Shown here: positions 48,789-58,929 of the stretch, one piece after another
Position numbering within the stretch: position 1 is the stretch's first letter
How the letters are laid out: each line of letters opens with the position of its first letter
IMG/VR virus record: IMGVR_UViG_3300040960_001746
From: a virus
DNA: 64,000 nucleotides
Direction: 5' to 3' (one strand)
Program-made: the position numbers and the translations under genes
The notes under the pieces: model-generated
Database searches by the model: none
The model's input: only the letters and a program-made list of their open reading frames with translations
Told to the model about the DNA's origin: nothing

Positions 48789-50072
48789 AAACATTATCAC
48801 CCCAGTCAGTCACAAAATAAAGGTATTAGTAGTGCCTAGTGACAGGACTGGGGTGAGCTGACGGGCTATTACAGATCTACAATACCACATATTAAGTTAG
48901 AAGAATACTTTCCTAAAGAGTTTCATGTGGATATTGATTACGAACCACAATTAAATGATGATAACTATCTTAAACAATACGATTTAATTCATTATCACAG
49001 AACATTGGGTGATTATGATAATCTACCTAAACTATTGGAAAGATGTGATGAATTGGGTATTGCGACAATTATGGATATTGATGATCATTGGTCACCAGGT
49101 CCTGATCATCCTGCGTGGCAAATCATCAAACAAAATAATTTAGATAAGAAGATTGCGAATAATCTTAAGGTATCTAGAAATGTTACAACTACTACTTCAG
49201 TATTTGCGGATGAGATTTCTAAATTAAATAAGAATGTCTTTGTCTTACCAAACGCAATTAATCCAGACGAGAAACAATATCAGAGTAACCCTGAGAAAAG
49301 TGATAGAATTAGAATCGGATGGTTAGGCGGTTCTTCACATATGAAAGATTTGGAAATACTAAGAGGTTTAATGACTAAACTTAAATCAGATGGTTTATTA
49401 GATAAAGTACAATTTGTTTTATGTGGTTTTGATTTAAGAGGTACTATGACTATGATTGATCAGAAAACAGGTGAACAAAAACAAAGACCCATTAAACCAA
49501 AAGAATCTGTATGGTATCAATACGAAAGAATATTTACTGATGATTATAATTTAGTAAGTGAAGATTATAAAAAATTCTTATTGTCTTTTGAAAATAAAGA
49601 ATATGAGAATGTACACAATGAACCATATAGAAGAGTATGGACTAAACCTATTACTTCATATGCGTCTAATTATAATTTATTCGATATATCACTTGCACCA
49701 CTTAAAGAAAGTACATTTAATAAGGTTAAATCACAACTTAAGGTTATTGAGGCGGGATTCCATAAGAAGGCAATAATCGCACAAGATTTTGGACCTTATC
49801 AGATAGACATTGAAAACGCCTATGTGAAAGGTGGTGATATAAATGAAGAAGGTAATGGTTTCTTAGTACCTACAAGAAAAAACCATAAGTTTTGGTATTC
49901 ACATTTAAAAAGGTTGATAATGAATCCCGAATTAATTACTAAATTAGGTGAAAATCTTTATAATACAGTCAATGGTACATATGATATGAAATCTGTTTGT
50001 GAGAAAAGAAGAGATTTATATGTTAAATTAGTAGAAGAAAAAAAAGGAGTGGAAGTTGACTTAGTGAAATAA
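48775..50072 (+). CDS. GT-B (GT4-like) glycosyltransferase, reading frame interrupted by an 8-nt gap at 48859-48866 (or 48856-48863)
   Basis: 5' frame MNKTKNIITPVSHKIKVLVVPSDRTGVS-TGA; 3' frame GYYRSTIPHIKL...DIDDHW...VLPNAI...IGWLGGSSH..DL...DISLAPL...FN..KSQLK.IEAG. Confidence 0.8.
48797..48866 (+). other. Putative recoding (ribosomal bypass) element: long hairpin followed by AGC-TGA-CG-GGC
   Basis: tcaccccagtc (48797-807) pairs perfectly with gactggggtga (48846-56); gtcac/gtgac and aggtatt/agtgcct form inner stems. Confidence 0.6.
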
Positions 50073-50104
50073 TTTCTTTATTATTATAATAAACTTGTAA
50101 AATC

Positions 50105-50665
50105 ATGGATTTGAAAGAGAAAATATTAAAAAATAAAGAAAAGTTTAATAAAACTAATGAAACCTATAACATCCTATCTGAAAATTTGTTAGAGTTTTTA
50201 GGTGAAGATTTATATAGTGCACCCGCATCTAATATGGAAAGTATGTATAACGCATTTCCTGGTGGGTTAATAGATTATATTCTAACTGTCACTAAATACG
50301 GAATTAATCTAAATGATATTTTACCTGAATCACAAAGGGTAGATAAAAAATCTATTATAAGAGTTTGTTTCCTACACCAATTAGGGAAAGTAAAACTTTA
50401 TAAATTCTGCGAATCTGAGTGGCATAGAAAGAATCAAGGTAAAATGTATGACTTTAATGAGGATTTAGTTTCTATGAGAGTGGGAGAAAGATCCGCATAT
50501 TATTCATTAAGATATGGTGTTGAATTATCTGATGAAGAATATCAGTCAATACTTAATTATGATAAGACTGATGATGATAAACAATCTAAATGGTATGGGA
50601 GTACATTATCAACCATATTAAGATTGGCGAATGAACTCGCAATAATTGAATGTAAAAAGAAATAA
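50105..50665 (+). CDS. HD-domain-like protein, metal ligands degenerate
   Basis: APAS...YNAFPGGL..Y.L.V; LHQLGK; GERS; LRLANE. Confidence 0.65.
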   Translation: MDLKEKILKNKEKFNKTNETYNILSENLLEFLGEDLYSAPASNMESMYNAFPGGLIDYILTVTKYGINLNDILPESQRVDKKSIIRVCFLHQLGKVKLYKFCESEWHRKNQGKMYDFNEDLVSMRVGERSAYYSLRYGVELSDEEYQSILNYDKTDDDKQSKWYGSTLSTILRLANELAIIECKKK

Positions 50666-51232
50666 ATGGAAGGTTTTGAAAGAGAACTTAATGAATTAAA
50701 TGAACTAAAGAGTTTAATGGAACAAATAGAATCAATTAACCAAACCGAAATAAATGGTTTTAATGAGCGTGATTGGGATAATTTTAAAATTGAGACTAAG
50801 TTCATTAATAATTCTAATAATCCTGATCCTGAATATGTGAAAGTAGGTGATAGTGGTTTTGATTTAAGGGCTAACATACCATCACCAATAACAATTAAAT
50901 CTTTAGACAGGTATCTTATACCAACAGGATTAAGGTTTGAATTATCACCAAATACAGAATTACAAGTTAGACCTAGAAGTGGTATGGCGTTAAAGTATGG
51001 TATTTCTGTTTTAAACACACCAGGAACTGTAGATGAGGGATATAGGGGTGAGGTTGGTGTAATATTGGTAAATTTAAGTAATGAAGATTATACGATACAA
51101 CCAGGTGAAAGAATCGCACAAGGAGTGATTATGAATGTTGTGGGACAAAGTATAAGTAAATTAGTTAAAGTTAATAATCTATCTGAAACCGAAAGAGGAG
51201 AAGGTGGATTTGGATCAACAGGTAAACAATAA
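50666..51232 (+). CDS. dut: dUTPase (trimeric)
   Basis: SGFDLRA, RPRSG, N.PGTVDEGYRGE, ERIAQ, RGEGGFGSTG. Confidence 0.97.
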   Translation: MEGFERELNELNELKSLMEQIESINQTEINGFNERDWDNFKIETKFINNSNNPDPEYVKVGDSGFDLRANIPSPITIKSLDRYLIPTGLRFELSPNTELQVRPRSGMALKYGISVLNTPGTVDEGYRGEVGVILVNLSNEDYTIQPGERIAQGVIMNVVGQSISKLVKVNNLSETERGEGGFGSTGKQ

Positions 51233-51242
51233 AAATTAATAT

Positions 51243-51443
51243 ATGTCAAAAGAAAGAACGTTAAACGAGTTAAGACAAGTGAAAGATAGTGTTTATGATA
51301 CTACAAAAACAAAAGTAGTTAATGAATATTATAGAAAAGTTAATTTTGACTGCCAATACGTTGTTGATTTGATTAAGGAATACCCAAACAACGAAGATTT
51401 GGGTAGAGAAATAAGAAGTTATTATGATAGTTTAAAAGAATGA
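51243..51443 (+). CDS. Hypothetical protein
   Basis: ORF in operon; YPNN.DLG..IR. Confidence 0.6.
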   Translation: MSKERTLNELRQVKDSVYDTTKTKVVNEYYRKVNFDCQYVVDLIKEYPNNEDLGREIRSYYDSLKE

Positions 51444-51649
51444 AATACTTAGGGGATAATAGATTTAATTTTACGGAAGAAGAAATGTTTAATTTACAAA
51501 TAAACTCAATCTCAGGGTGTAAAGTTAAAGTGGGTGATGAATATTATAGTGTTTGGAAAGAAGGTAGTACTGTTAGGTATAATAAATTCCATATCGACTT
51601 TGAACTAACAGAAGAAGAATTTAAAGGATTAAATATAAAAGATGATTAG
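51440..51649 (+). CDS. Hypothetical protein
   Basis: ORF overlapping both neighbours (ATGA coupling). Confidence 0.6.
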   Translation: MKYLGDNRFNFTEEEMFNLQINSISGCKVKVGDEYYSVWKEGSTVRYNKFHIDFELTEEEFKGLNIKDD

Positions 51650-53300
51650 TGTAGTATATTGTACAAGGGAATCAAACCCAAAACATACTGAACATATTAT
51701 AAAAACTTCTGGTTTACATAAACATATAGAAGTTATTGAGATTGTTAATAGCGGAGAATCTTTAACGTCTGCCTATAATAGAGGTTATAAACAAGCTAAA
51801 AATGATATTATTGTTTTTTGTCACGATGACATATTAATACAAACCAAACAATGGGGTAAAAAACTTAAAAAACATTTTGATCAGGAAGAAAAATATGGTA
51901 TTATCGGTGTAGCTGGTAGTAAATATCTCCCTATTTCTGGTAAATGGTGGGAAAAACCTAAATGGATGTATGGTAGGGTAAAACATACACATAATGGTAA
52001 AAGTTGGTTATCAGAATATAGTAGTGATTTAGGTAAAGGTGTAGAAGATGTTGTTAATGTTGATGGTTTATTTTTCGCAGTGCATAAAGAAAGAATACTT
52101 AATGATAATGACTACACCCCTTTTGATGAAAGAGTTAAAGGTTTTCATTTTTATGATGTAGATTTTTGTTATAAAAATTTTGTTTCGGGTGTGTCAGTTG
52201 GTGTCATCACTGACATACGAATTAATCATATGTCTATTGGTGAAACTAATGATGAATGGGAACAAAATAGACAACAATTTGTTGAAAAGTATGGTGAAAC
52301 TTTACCATTAAAGGTTGACGATAAATTTAGGAATAGAAAATTAAAGGTTTTAATTGGGTGTTTAAATTTTCAAGGTCTCACTGGATCAGAAATTTCAACA
52401 ATGGAATTAGCTAAAGGTTTATCTAAAAATGGTTGCGAGGTATATGTGGTTTCCCAAATAGGTAAATCATTTAAGAGAGAGGCGGAAAAACATAATATTA
52501 AAGTATTTTCAATTCAAGAACCTCCAGGATTTAAAGTTGGGGATGGTAAATGGGTGATAAATACACCACAAGGTCAGGTAGTATCTAAACCAAATACTCT
52601 TTATATGGTTAAAGATATGAAATTTGATATTATCCACTCAAATCATACACCTATTACTGAAAGATTATTACAACTATACCCGAACAATAATTTTGTGAAT
52701 ATTGTTAGATCAGAAGTTATTGATTTGGAGAATCCGATTGTTGATGAAAAAATCAAAAAGTATATTGCAATACGACCTTCTATAAAAGATTATATTGTGA
52801 ATAATTTTGATATCGATGAAAATAAAGTTGAGGTAATTTATAATCTTTTTGATAAGAGCAGATTCCAACCAAAGCAAATTGATAAGGAAACTGATAAAAA
52901 GGTAACTCTTTTTGTTGGTACAATGGATTATTTACGTAAACATGCAATTGAGGATCTTATACAAAATTGTGAGGAACTATGGTTAGTAGGTAAAGATACT
53001 ATGGGTTATGCTAGCGAATTTGATAAAACTTATGAAAATGTAAAATACTTCCCTCCTACCGATAACATTGAAGAATTTGTTAATAAATGTGATGAAACTG
53101 CAGGTATCTTTTTAGGTAGAACGACAATAGAAGGTTATTTATGTAATAAACCAGGATGGATTTACACTGTAACAAAAGAAGGGTATGTAATAGATAAGGA
53201 ATTTACTGAAGTACCTGAAGATATGAGTATTTTTGATAATGATAAAATAATAGAAAAATTTAAAGAAGTTTATATTGAAACCTATAACGAATTAGTATGA
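51642..53300 (+). CDS. Bifunctional glycosyltransferase (GT2-like + GT4-like)
   Basis: AYNRG...FCHDD; VDGLF; FHFYD; second domain TGSE...ELAKGL...DIIH..H; GRT.IEG. Confidence 0.85.
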   Translation: MISVVYCTRESNPKHTEHIIKTSGLHKHIEVIEIVNSGESLTSAYNRGYKQAKNDIIVFCHDDILIQTKQWGKKLKKHFDQEEKYGIIGVAGSKYLPISGKWWEKPKWMYGRVKHTHNGKSWLSEYSSDLGKGVEDVVNVDGLFFAVHKERILNDNDYTPFDERVKGFHFYDVDFCYKNFVSGVSVGVITDIRINHMSIGETNDEWEQNRQQFVEKYGETLPLKVDDKFRNRKLKVLIGCLNFQGLTGSEISTMELAKGLSKNGCEVYVVSQIGKSFKREAEKHNIKVFSIQEPPGFKVGDGKWVINTPQGQVVSKPNTLYMVKDMKFDIIHSNHTPITERLLQLYPNNNFVNIVRSEVIDLENPIVDEKIKKYIAIRPSIKDYIVNNFDIDENKVEVIYNLFDKSRFQPKQIDKETDKKVTLFVGTMDYLRKHAIEDLIQNCEELWLVGKDTMGYASEFDKTYENVKYFPPTDNIEEFVNKCDETAGIFLGRTTIEGYLCNKPGWIYTVTKEGYVIDKEFTEVPEDMSIFDNDKIIEKFKEVYIETYNELV

Positions 53301-54019
53301 TATCAGTAATTTTAAACGTATATAAAAGACCTTACACATTAGAAAAACAAATAGAGTCTTTATTATCTCAGAGTATTAAAATAAAAACTGAGAATATTCA
53401 TGTGTGGTATAATAATGTTGACGGATTAGAACAACCATTACCTAAAAATCAGAATATTAAAACTTATAAATGTAATTACAATACAAAGTTTTTTGGTAGA
53501 TTTACGATACCGTTATTGTGTCAAACACCATATATTGCGATACTAGATGACGATATAATTCCCGGTAAAAAATGGTTTGAAAACTGTTTAAAAACAATTG
53601 AAAAAACTAATTCTATATTAGGTGCTAGTGGTGTAATAACAAATGGTAAAACTTATATACCGAATCAAAAAGTTGGGTGGAATGGATTGAAAAATGAAAT
53701 ACCTGTAGAGGTTGATCTCGTTGGTCATGGTTGGTTTTTTAAACAAGAATGGGCTAAATTTATGTGGTTAGAATCACCACCTTCTTGGGATAATGGGGAA
53801 GATATGTTTTTTTCTTATGTCTCACAAAAAAATGGTATAAAAACAATGGTACCTCCTCACCCTTTAACAGACGTTGAGTTGTGGGGTAATAACCCCAATT
53901 TAGATAATAACTGGGGAATAGATAAAAATGCGCATTCATTAACCGTATCAAACCATCTAAATTTAAGAAATAATATTGTAAAAAATTTAAAAAATAAAGG
54001 ATGGAAAACAATAAAATAA
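53297..54019 (+). CDS. GT-A (GT2-like) glycosyltransferase
   Basis: ISVILNVYKRP; ILDDDIIPG; VDLVGH.WF; GED. Confidence 0.8.
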   Translation: MISVILNVYKRPYTLEKQIESLLSQSIKIKTENIHVWYNNVDGLEQPLPKNQNIKTYKCNYNTKFFGRFTIPLLCQTPYIAILDDDIIPGKKWFENCLKTIEKTNSILGASGVITNGKTYIPNQKVGWNGLKNEIPVEVDLVGHGWFFKQEWAKFMWLESPPSWDNGEDMFFSYVSQKNGIKTMVPPHPLTDVELWGNNPNLDNNWGIDKNAHSLTVSNHLNLRNNIVKNLKNKGWKTIK

Positions 54020-54708
54020 TTGCTTGCATTGCAACTTATCCTGAAAGAATAAAAACATTTAAAGATACTATAGATAGTATAATTGAACAAGTTGATGTAT
54101 TAAGAGTTTACTTAAATGAGTATACTGAAATTCCAGATTTTTTATTAAACAATGAAAAAATAAAAGTTTTTTTAGGTAAAGATTTTGATGGAGATATTAA
54201 AGCAAAAGGTAAATTTTATGGTATAGATGAAATTAACGGTTATGTTTTTACAATAGATGATGACTTGATATATCCGAAAGATTATGTAGAAAAAATGATG
54301 AGCTATGTTGATAAATTTAATAAAGAAGGTATTATTACTATACATGGTAAAACAATCAATGATAACCCAAAAGATTATTATAGAAATTATGGAAAGTCAT
54401 TTAGGTTTCAAGACGAAAAAAATGAAGTTACTAATATACATATTCCCGGATCAGGTGTAATGGTGTTCCACACCGATAAAATAAAAATAAATTACGAAAA
54501 TATAAAAAATGGTAGTTACGTGGATTTGTTTATTGGTTTAGAAAGTCAAATAAATAATTATCCAGTATTTATAATACCACATAAAAAAAATTGGGTTAGG
54601 GGTAACAAAAAAAATCACCCGACGAGAAATTTATACTTTCAGAATTTAAATAAAGGTAAAGATCAAACTACATTATTAAGATCAATAAAATGGAAAATCA
54701 TTAAATAA
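54001..54708 (+). CDS. GT-A (GT2-like) glycosyltransferase
   Basis: IATYPER; GKF; TIDDDLIYP.DY; GSG. Confidence 0.8.
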   Translation: MENNKIIACIATYPERIKTFKDTIDSIIEQVDVLRVYLNEYTEIPDFLLNNEKIKVFLGKDFDGDIKAKGKFYGIDEINGYVFTIDDDLIYPKDYVEKMMSYVDKFNKEGIITIHGKTINDNPKDYYRNYGKSFRFQDEKNEVTNIHIPGSGVMVFHTDKIKINYENIKNGSYVDLFIGLESQINNYPVFIIPHKKNWVRGNKKNHPTRNLYFQNLNKGKDQTTLLRSIKWKIIK

Positions 54709-54709
54709 A

Positions 54710-55429
54710 ATGGAATTTAAAAATTACACTTTCGATTATTTTATTAATTTAATAGAAGAAAATAAACATTTTACTTTAACTAAAATAGGTGATGGTGAAT
54801 TAATATCTATTTTTAAATCTATAGGTTGGTTAAGTGAAACCCAATTTGGTACTGCAAATGCCGATAGACATAAATATTATAAAGAATTAGGTATTTCTCT
54901 TCATAATACTTTGATAAATGAAAAAGGTTATTATAAATATTTTCATCCTGGATGGTTAAATAGTACTATTAACGATAAAAATTTATGTAAATTATTACAA
55001 AAATATGTGGAAACATATAAAATTTCACCACCTAATCTATGTGACAGTAGAAATGCGTTTTATGTAGATGCTAAAAATGGTAATCTTGGTAAATTAAAAA
55101 AAGTATTAGAAGAAAGAAATTTCATTGTTGTCTCAGAAAAAAGAAAAAAAAACATCCCAATAAAATATAAGGATTTTATCACCACACCATTAACTAATTC
55201 TTGGTTATCAAAAGAGGAGATTAAAGAAGGAGTTTTAAATATGGTAGAAAAATATGAAAACCCTATATTCGGATTGTCTATTGGTATGCCGTCATTAGTG
55301 ATACAAGATGAACTTTACCCATTAATAGGTGAAAATGCAACAATGATTAATTTTGGTTCTATATGGGATCCATTTATAAATGTTTATAGTAGAAGATATC
55401 ATCACACATATAAAACTTTAAAATTATGA
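54710..55429 (+). CDS. GT-D/DUF1792-like glycosyltransferase
   Basis: F...KIGDGE; I.FGS.WD....SR.Y. Confidence 0.55.
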   Translation: MEFKNYTFDYFINLIEENKHFTLTKIGDGELISIFKSIGWLSETQFGTANADRHKYYKELGISLHNTLINEKGYYKYFHPGWLNSTINDKNLCKLLQKYVETYKISPPNLCDSRNAFYVDAKNGNLGKLKKVLEERNFIVVSEKRKKNIPIKYKDFITTPLTNSWLSKEEIKEGVLNMVEKYENPIFGLSIGMPSLVIQDELYPLIGENATMINFGSIWDPFINVYSRRYHHTYKTLKL

Positions 55430-56286
55430 AAAATATTTTAGTAACTGGCGGTGCTGGTTTTATTGGAACCAACCTTATAAAGAGATTAAAAAAGGAAGGT
55501 CATAATATAACTTCCATAGATAGTTATATTTCAGGTAAAGTAACTAATCATGTTGAAGGTGTTAATTATGTTAAATTAAATACTAAGGATTTTAATAAAA
55601 ATAATTCGTTATATTATACAAATTTTGATGTTGTATTTCATTTAGGTGAATATTCGAGGATAGTATCTTCTTTTGATGACATTAATGAAGTATGGTTATC
55701 CAATTCATTAGGCACATTTAATGTGATCGAATATTGTAAAAAAAATAAAATAAAACTGATTTATGCCGGTTCTAGTACTAAATTCGCTCAAGAAGGTATC
55801 GATCATTCACCCTATTCTTTTACTAAATCTAAATCTGCGGAATTAGTTAAAAATTACAATAAGTGGTTTGATTTAGACTATTCCATTTGTTATTTTTATA
55901 ATGTATTTGGTGAGGGATATGACTCTTCTCCAGTAAATGGTTATGAATCAGTTATTAGTGTTTTCGAAAAACAATATAAGAATGGTCAACCATTAACTAT
56001 TTGTGGTGATGGACAACAAAGTAGGAGTTTTACATATGTTGGAGACATTGTGGATGGATTAATAAAATCTTGGAAGTATTCTAAAAACGGAGAATTTCAG
56101 TTAAATAACGAAAACACATACACAATTTTAGAAATTGCTAAAATGTTTAGTGATAACATTACTTTTATACCTGCAAGGAAAGGTGATAGGTTAACAAGTT
56201 CGACAACAAATAATAATTCAAGAGAAATATTAAATTGGGAAACTACTAAAAATGTAGATGAATGGATTAAAGAAATAAAAAAATAA
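55426..56286 (+). CDS. NAD-dependent sugar epimerase/dehydratase (extended SDR)
   Basis: ILVTGGAGFIG; SPYSFTK (YxxxK); FYNVFG; GDG.Q.R.FTYV.D. Confidence 0.93.
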   Translation: MKNILVTGGAGFIGTNLIKRLKKEGHNITSIDSYISGKVTNHVEGVNYVKLNTKDFNKNNSLYYTNFDVVFHLGEYSRIVSSFDDINEVWLSNSLGTFNVIEYCKKNKIKLIYAGSSTKFAQEGIDHSPYSFTKSKSAELVKNYNKWFDLDYSICYFYNVFGEGYDSSPVNGYESVISVFEKQYKNGQPLTICGDGQQSRSFTYVGDIVDGLIKSWKYSKNGEFQLNNENTYTILEIAKMFSDNITFIPARKGDRLTSSTTNNNSREILNWETTKNVDEWIKEIKK

Positions 56287-56288
56287 AT

Positions 56289-56924
56289 ATGAAATTATTT
56301 AATTATGATAATGTACTTTGCTTAAGTCCACATCCTGATGATGTTGAGTTCTCTATGTCAGGTTTAATAAAAAAATATTCATCTACAACTTTTTTTATTG
56401 TGGTATTATCTAATGGTACTAGTAGTGACACCACAAGTGGTTTAAATAGAATTAATGAGGTAAATAAATTTTGGGAATTAATGGGTGTTAAAAATATAAA
56501 ATTAATACCTCTTAGTAAAAATTTTAACAATATTAAAGAAGATGAATGGATAAATATGATAGAAAATAAATTATCTTTTCCTAAATTAGACGCAATATTT
56601 GGTACATCATCTGAAGATAGTCATTATGAACATCATATCACTAATAGAATTTTAAATGCCTTAGGTAGAAATAAACAACTTTCTATAATAGAATATAAAA
56701 GTCCTAGCACTAAGGAAGAATGGGTACCTAATTTTTTTGTTGATATAGAACATGTGTATGACATTAAAATAAATTCATTACTTAAATCATTTCGGAGTCA
56801 GTTGGATAGCCCGTATTTCAAAAAAAATAACATAGGACTATTTAATTCTAATTATATTATTAGTAAATTAGGTAAAAGTGAAATAGAAAGTTTTAAAATA
56901 ATTAGAAAAATTTTAATATATTAA
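56289..56924 (+). CDS. PIG-L/LmbE-family N-deacetylase
   Basis: SPHPDDVE; R..E; DSHYEH; PN.FVDI. Confidence 0.88.
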   Translation: MKLFNYDNVLCLSPHPDDVEFSMSGLIKKYSSTTFFIVVLSNGTSSDTTSGLNRINEVNKFWELMGVKNIKLIPLSKNFNNIKEDEWINMIENKLSFPKLDAIFGTSSEDSHYEHHITNRILNALGRNKQLSIIEYKSPSTKEEWVPNFFVDIEHVYDIKINSLLKSFRSQLDSPYFKKNNIGLFNSNYIISKLGKSEIESFKIIRKILIY

Positions 56925-56926
56925 AA

Positions 56927-57418
56927 ATGGAAAATGTGAAAATTGGTAAGAATTGTAATATTGCTGATAACGTAATTTTTGGTGATTTTGTTTTTATTGG
57001 TGATAATGTGGAAATCGGTGAGGGTACTGTTATTAAGCATTTCGTTGAATTACGTGATAATACGAAAATTGGTAGAAATTGTTATATAGATTCTAGAGTT
57101 TCTACTTCAGGTAATTGTGTTGTCGGTGATGACGTAACTTTACGTTATGATGTTATTATTGCGAGAGGTTGTAAAATAGGTGATGGTACTTACATTTGCC
57201 CTAGAGTTATGACAAATAATTTAGACGCAGGTAAAAATAGTGTGGGTGGTGCTTCTATTGGTAAAAATTGTTTTATCGGCACCAATTGTGTTTTACAACA
57301 CGGTATCACTGTTGGTGATAATGTAGTTACGGGTTCAATGTCCTTTTTGACTAAAGACATCCCTAAAGGGGAAGTATGGTATGGTTCTCCAGCAAAATTT
57401 ATAAAAAAGAATGAATAG
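56927..57418 (+). CDS. Hexapeptide-repeat sugar acetyltransferase
   Basis: Left-handed beta-helix repeats; C-terminal YGSPAK. Confidence 0.88.
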   Translation: MENVKIGKNCNIADNVIFGDFVFIGDNVEIGEGTVIKHFVELRDNTKIGRNCYIDSRVSTSGNCVVGDDVTLRYDVIIARGCKIGDGTYICPRVMTNNLDAGKNSVGGASIGKNCFIGTNCVLQHGITVGDNVVTGSMSFLTKDIPKGEVWYGSPAKFIKKNE

Positions 57419-58295
57419 GTTTTATAATGACATAAAACCCTATGGTAATTTATTAGTTAGTAAACACACTAAAAAAAAACCAGTACCTGTGGATATAGAT
57501 GATATGGTAGAGTATGGTTTATATTGGATTAACAACTATAATCTCATTACTAAAATCCCCAATAAATCAACTGTTATTATGTCAACAGATGATTATAAAA
57601 AATTATTAGATTTAGATTTAATAAAAGATGATATTAATATTTTAAGTTGTCATAATCCTAGAAATATATATGCGAATATAATTTATGATTTTTACCCATA
57701 TTTATTAGATTATGATAGTCTTAATATGGTGAATAATTCTAAAAATATAGGTTTTAATGTTTTAATAGGTGGAAACGTTAAAATAGGTGAAAATGTTAAA
57801 ATAGGTAATAATGTCATTATTTATAATAAAACAACTATTGGTAATAATGTTATAATTGGAGATAATGTAGTTATAGGATCTAAAGGAGTTGCTTATGACG
57901 AAGAAAAAGATGGTAAATTAACAAGATTCCCACAAATAGGGGGTGTTATAATTGGAGATAATGTAGAAATTGATTGTTTTTGTGATATTAAAAGAGGGGC
58001 ATTAAAAAACACTATAATTTCAAATGGAGTAAAAATAGGGGCATATAATAATATTGGTCATAATGTATTCATAGGTAAAAATACGTTTATTTCTAATAGA
58101 TGTACTATTTGCGGATCTAGTAAAATTGGTGATAATTGCACATTGTGGGTTAAATCAACAATTAAACATAAAATTCATATTGGTAATAATACTATTGTAG
58201 GTAGCAATACTTATGTTAATAAAAATTATAAAAATGGTAATTTGACATTGGTTGGGATACCCGCAAAAAAAATAAAACAAAAAAATGGAACTTGA
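57411..58295 (+). CDS. LpxD-like hexapeptide acyltransferase
   Basis: FPQIGGVIIGDNVEI...I.RG.L.NT.I..G.KI.....IGHNV.IG; GIPAK. Confidence 0.8.
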   Translation: MNRFYNDIKPYGNLLVSKHTKKKPVPVDIDDMVEYGLYWINNYNLITKIPNKSTVIMSTDDYKKLLDLDLIKDDINILSCHNPRNIYANIIYDFYPYLLDYDSLNMVNNSKNIGFNVLIGGNVKIGENVKIGNNVIIYNKTTIGNNVIIGDNVVIGSKGVAYDEEKDGKLTRFPQIGGVIIGDNVEIDCFCDIKRGALKNTIISNGVKIGAYNNIGHNVFIGKNTFISNRCTICGSSKIGDNCTLWVKSTIKHKIHIGNNTIVGSNTYVNKNYKNGNLTLVGIPAKKIKQKNGT

Positions 58296-58920
58296 TAAAT
58301 ACGATTATAGCGGTTGGACTTTGGGTCGTGACCAAATTAGAGATTTATATAATTTAATAAAAGAACATAAAAAAAATAATCTTAGGGTATTAGAGTTTGG
58401 CTCTGGACTATCTACAGAATTTTTAGTTGATGTTGTTTTAAATGGGGTAAAAAATTTAGAAATCACCTCTTTTGATAATAGAGAAGAATTTTCGTTTAAA
58501 AATAAAAATAATTATCCATTTTTAAGTGTGAAAATTCGGGATCTTTTTGAATGTGACGATAAATCCTATAATGATATGTTTATTACAAAAAAAATTAACA
58601 ATGAAAGATTCAAAATTAAAAAAACCCCACTAAGTATTAGACAAAAAAATTGTTTCTATGAAATAAGAAAAGATGATATTAATGGTGTTTATGATTTAAT
58701 GATATTAGACGGTCCTAATGGTAATGGTAGAAATATTAGTTTTCTACATACAAAAGATAATTTAGAAAAAGGGACAATTGTGTTAATAGATGATTTTAAT
58801 CATTATGATTTTTTAGAAAAATTTTCTTTGTTTTATGAATACACTGAAATAAAACGTGTAATAAAAAATGTAAAACCTAAAAAAAATTATGTGTTACTAA
58901 AAATAATGAACAAAAAATAA
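58285..58920 (+). CDS. Class I SAM-dependent methyltransferase
   Basis: VLEFGSGLST; YDL.ILDGP; VLIDD. Confidence 0.8.
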   Translation: MELDKYDYSGWTLGRDQIRDLYNLIKEHKKNNLRVLEFGSGLSTEFLVDVVLNGVKNLEITSFDNREEFSFKNKNNYPFLSVKIRDLFECDDKSYNDMFITKKINNERFKIKKTPLSIRQKNCFYEIRKDDINGVYDLMILDGPNGNGRNISFLHTKDNLEKGTIVLIDDFNHYDFLEKFSLFYEYTEIKRVIKNVKPKKNYVLLKIMNKK

Positions 58921-58929
58921 TATAAAATT

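Noticed and set aside
48775-48870. Group I intron or stop-codon reassignment as the explanation for the GT break
   Set aside because: The gap is only 8 nt and no intron core is visible. Reading through TGA stays in the wrong frame and hits TAG 12 codons later. TAA, TAG and TGA all act as stops elsewhere in the window.
48927-48929. GTG 48927 as the true GT start
   Set aside because: It would omit the first beta-strand and helix (KVLVVPSD..GV.YYR...PH) typical of GT-B N-terminal domains. Not fully excluded.
50056-50090. TTGAC...TATTATTATAAT, with TATTATTATAAT also before the helicase (about 24215-24226), as a middle-promoter class
   Set aside because: Only two instances in very AT-rich DNA; insufficient support.
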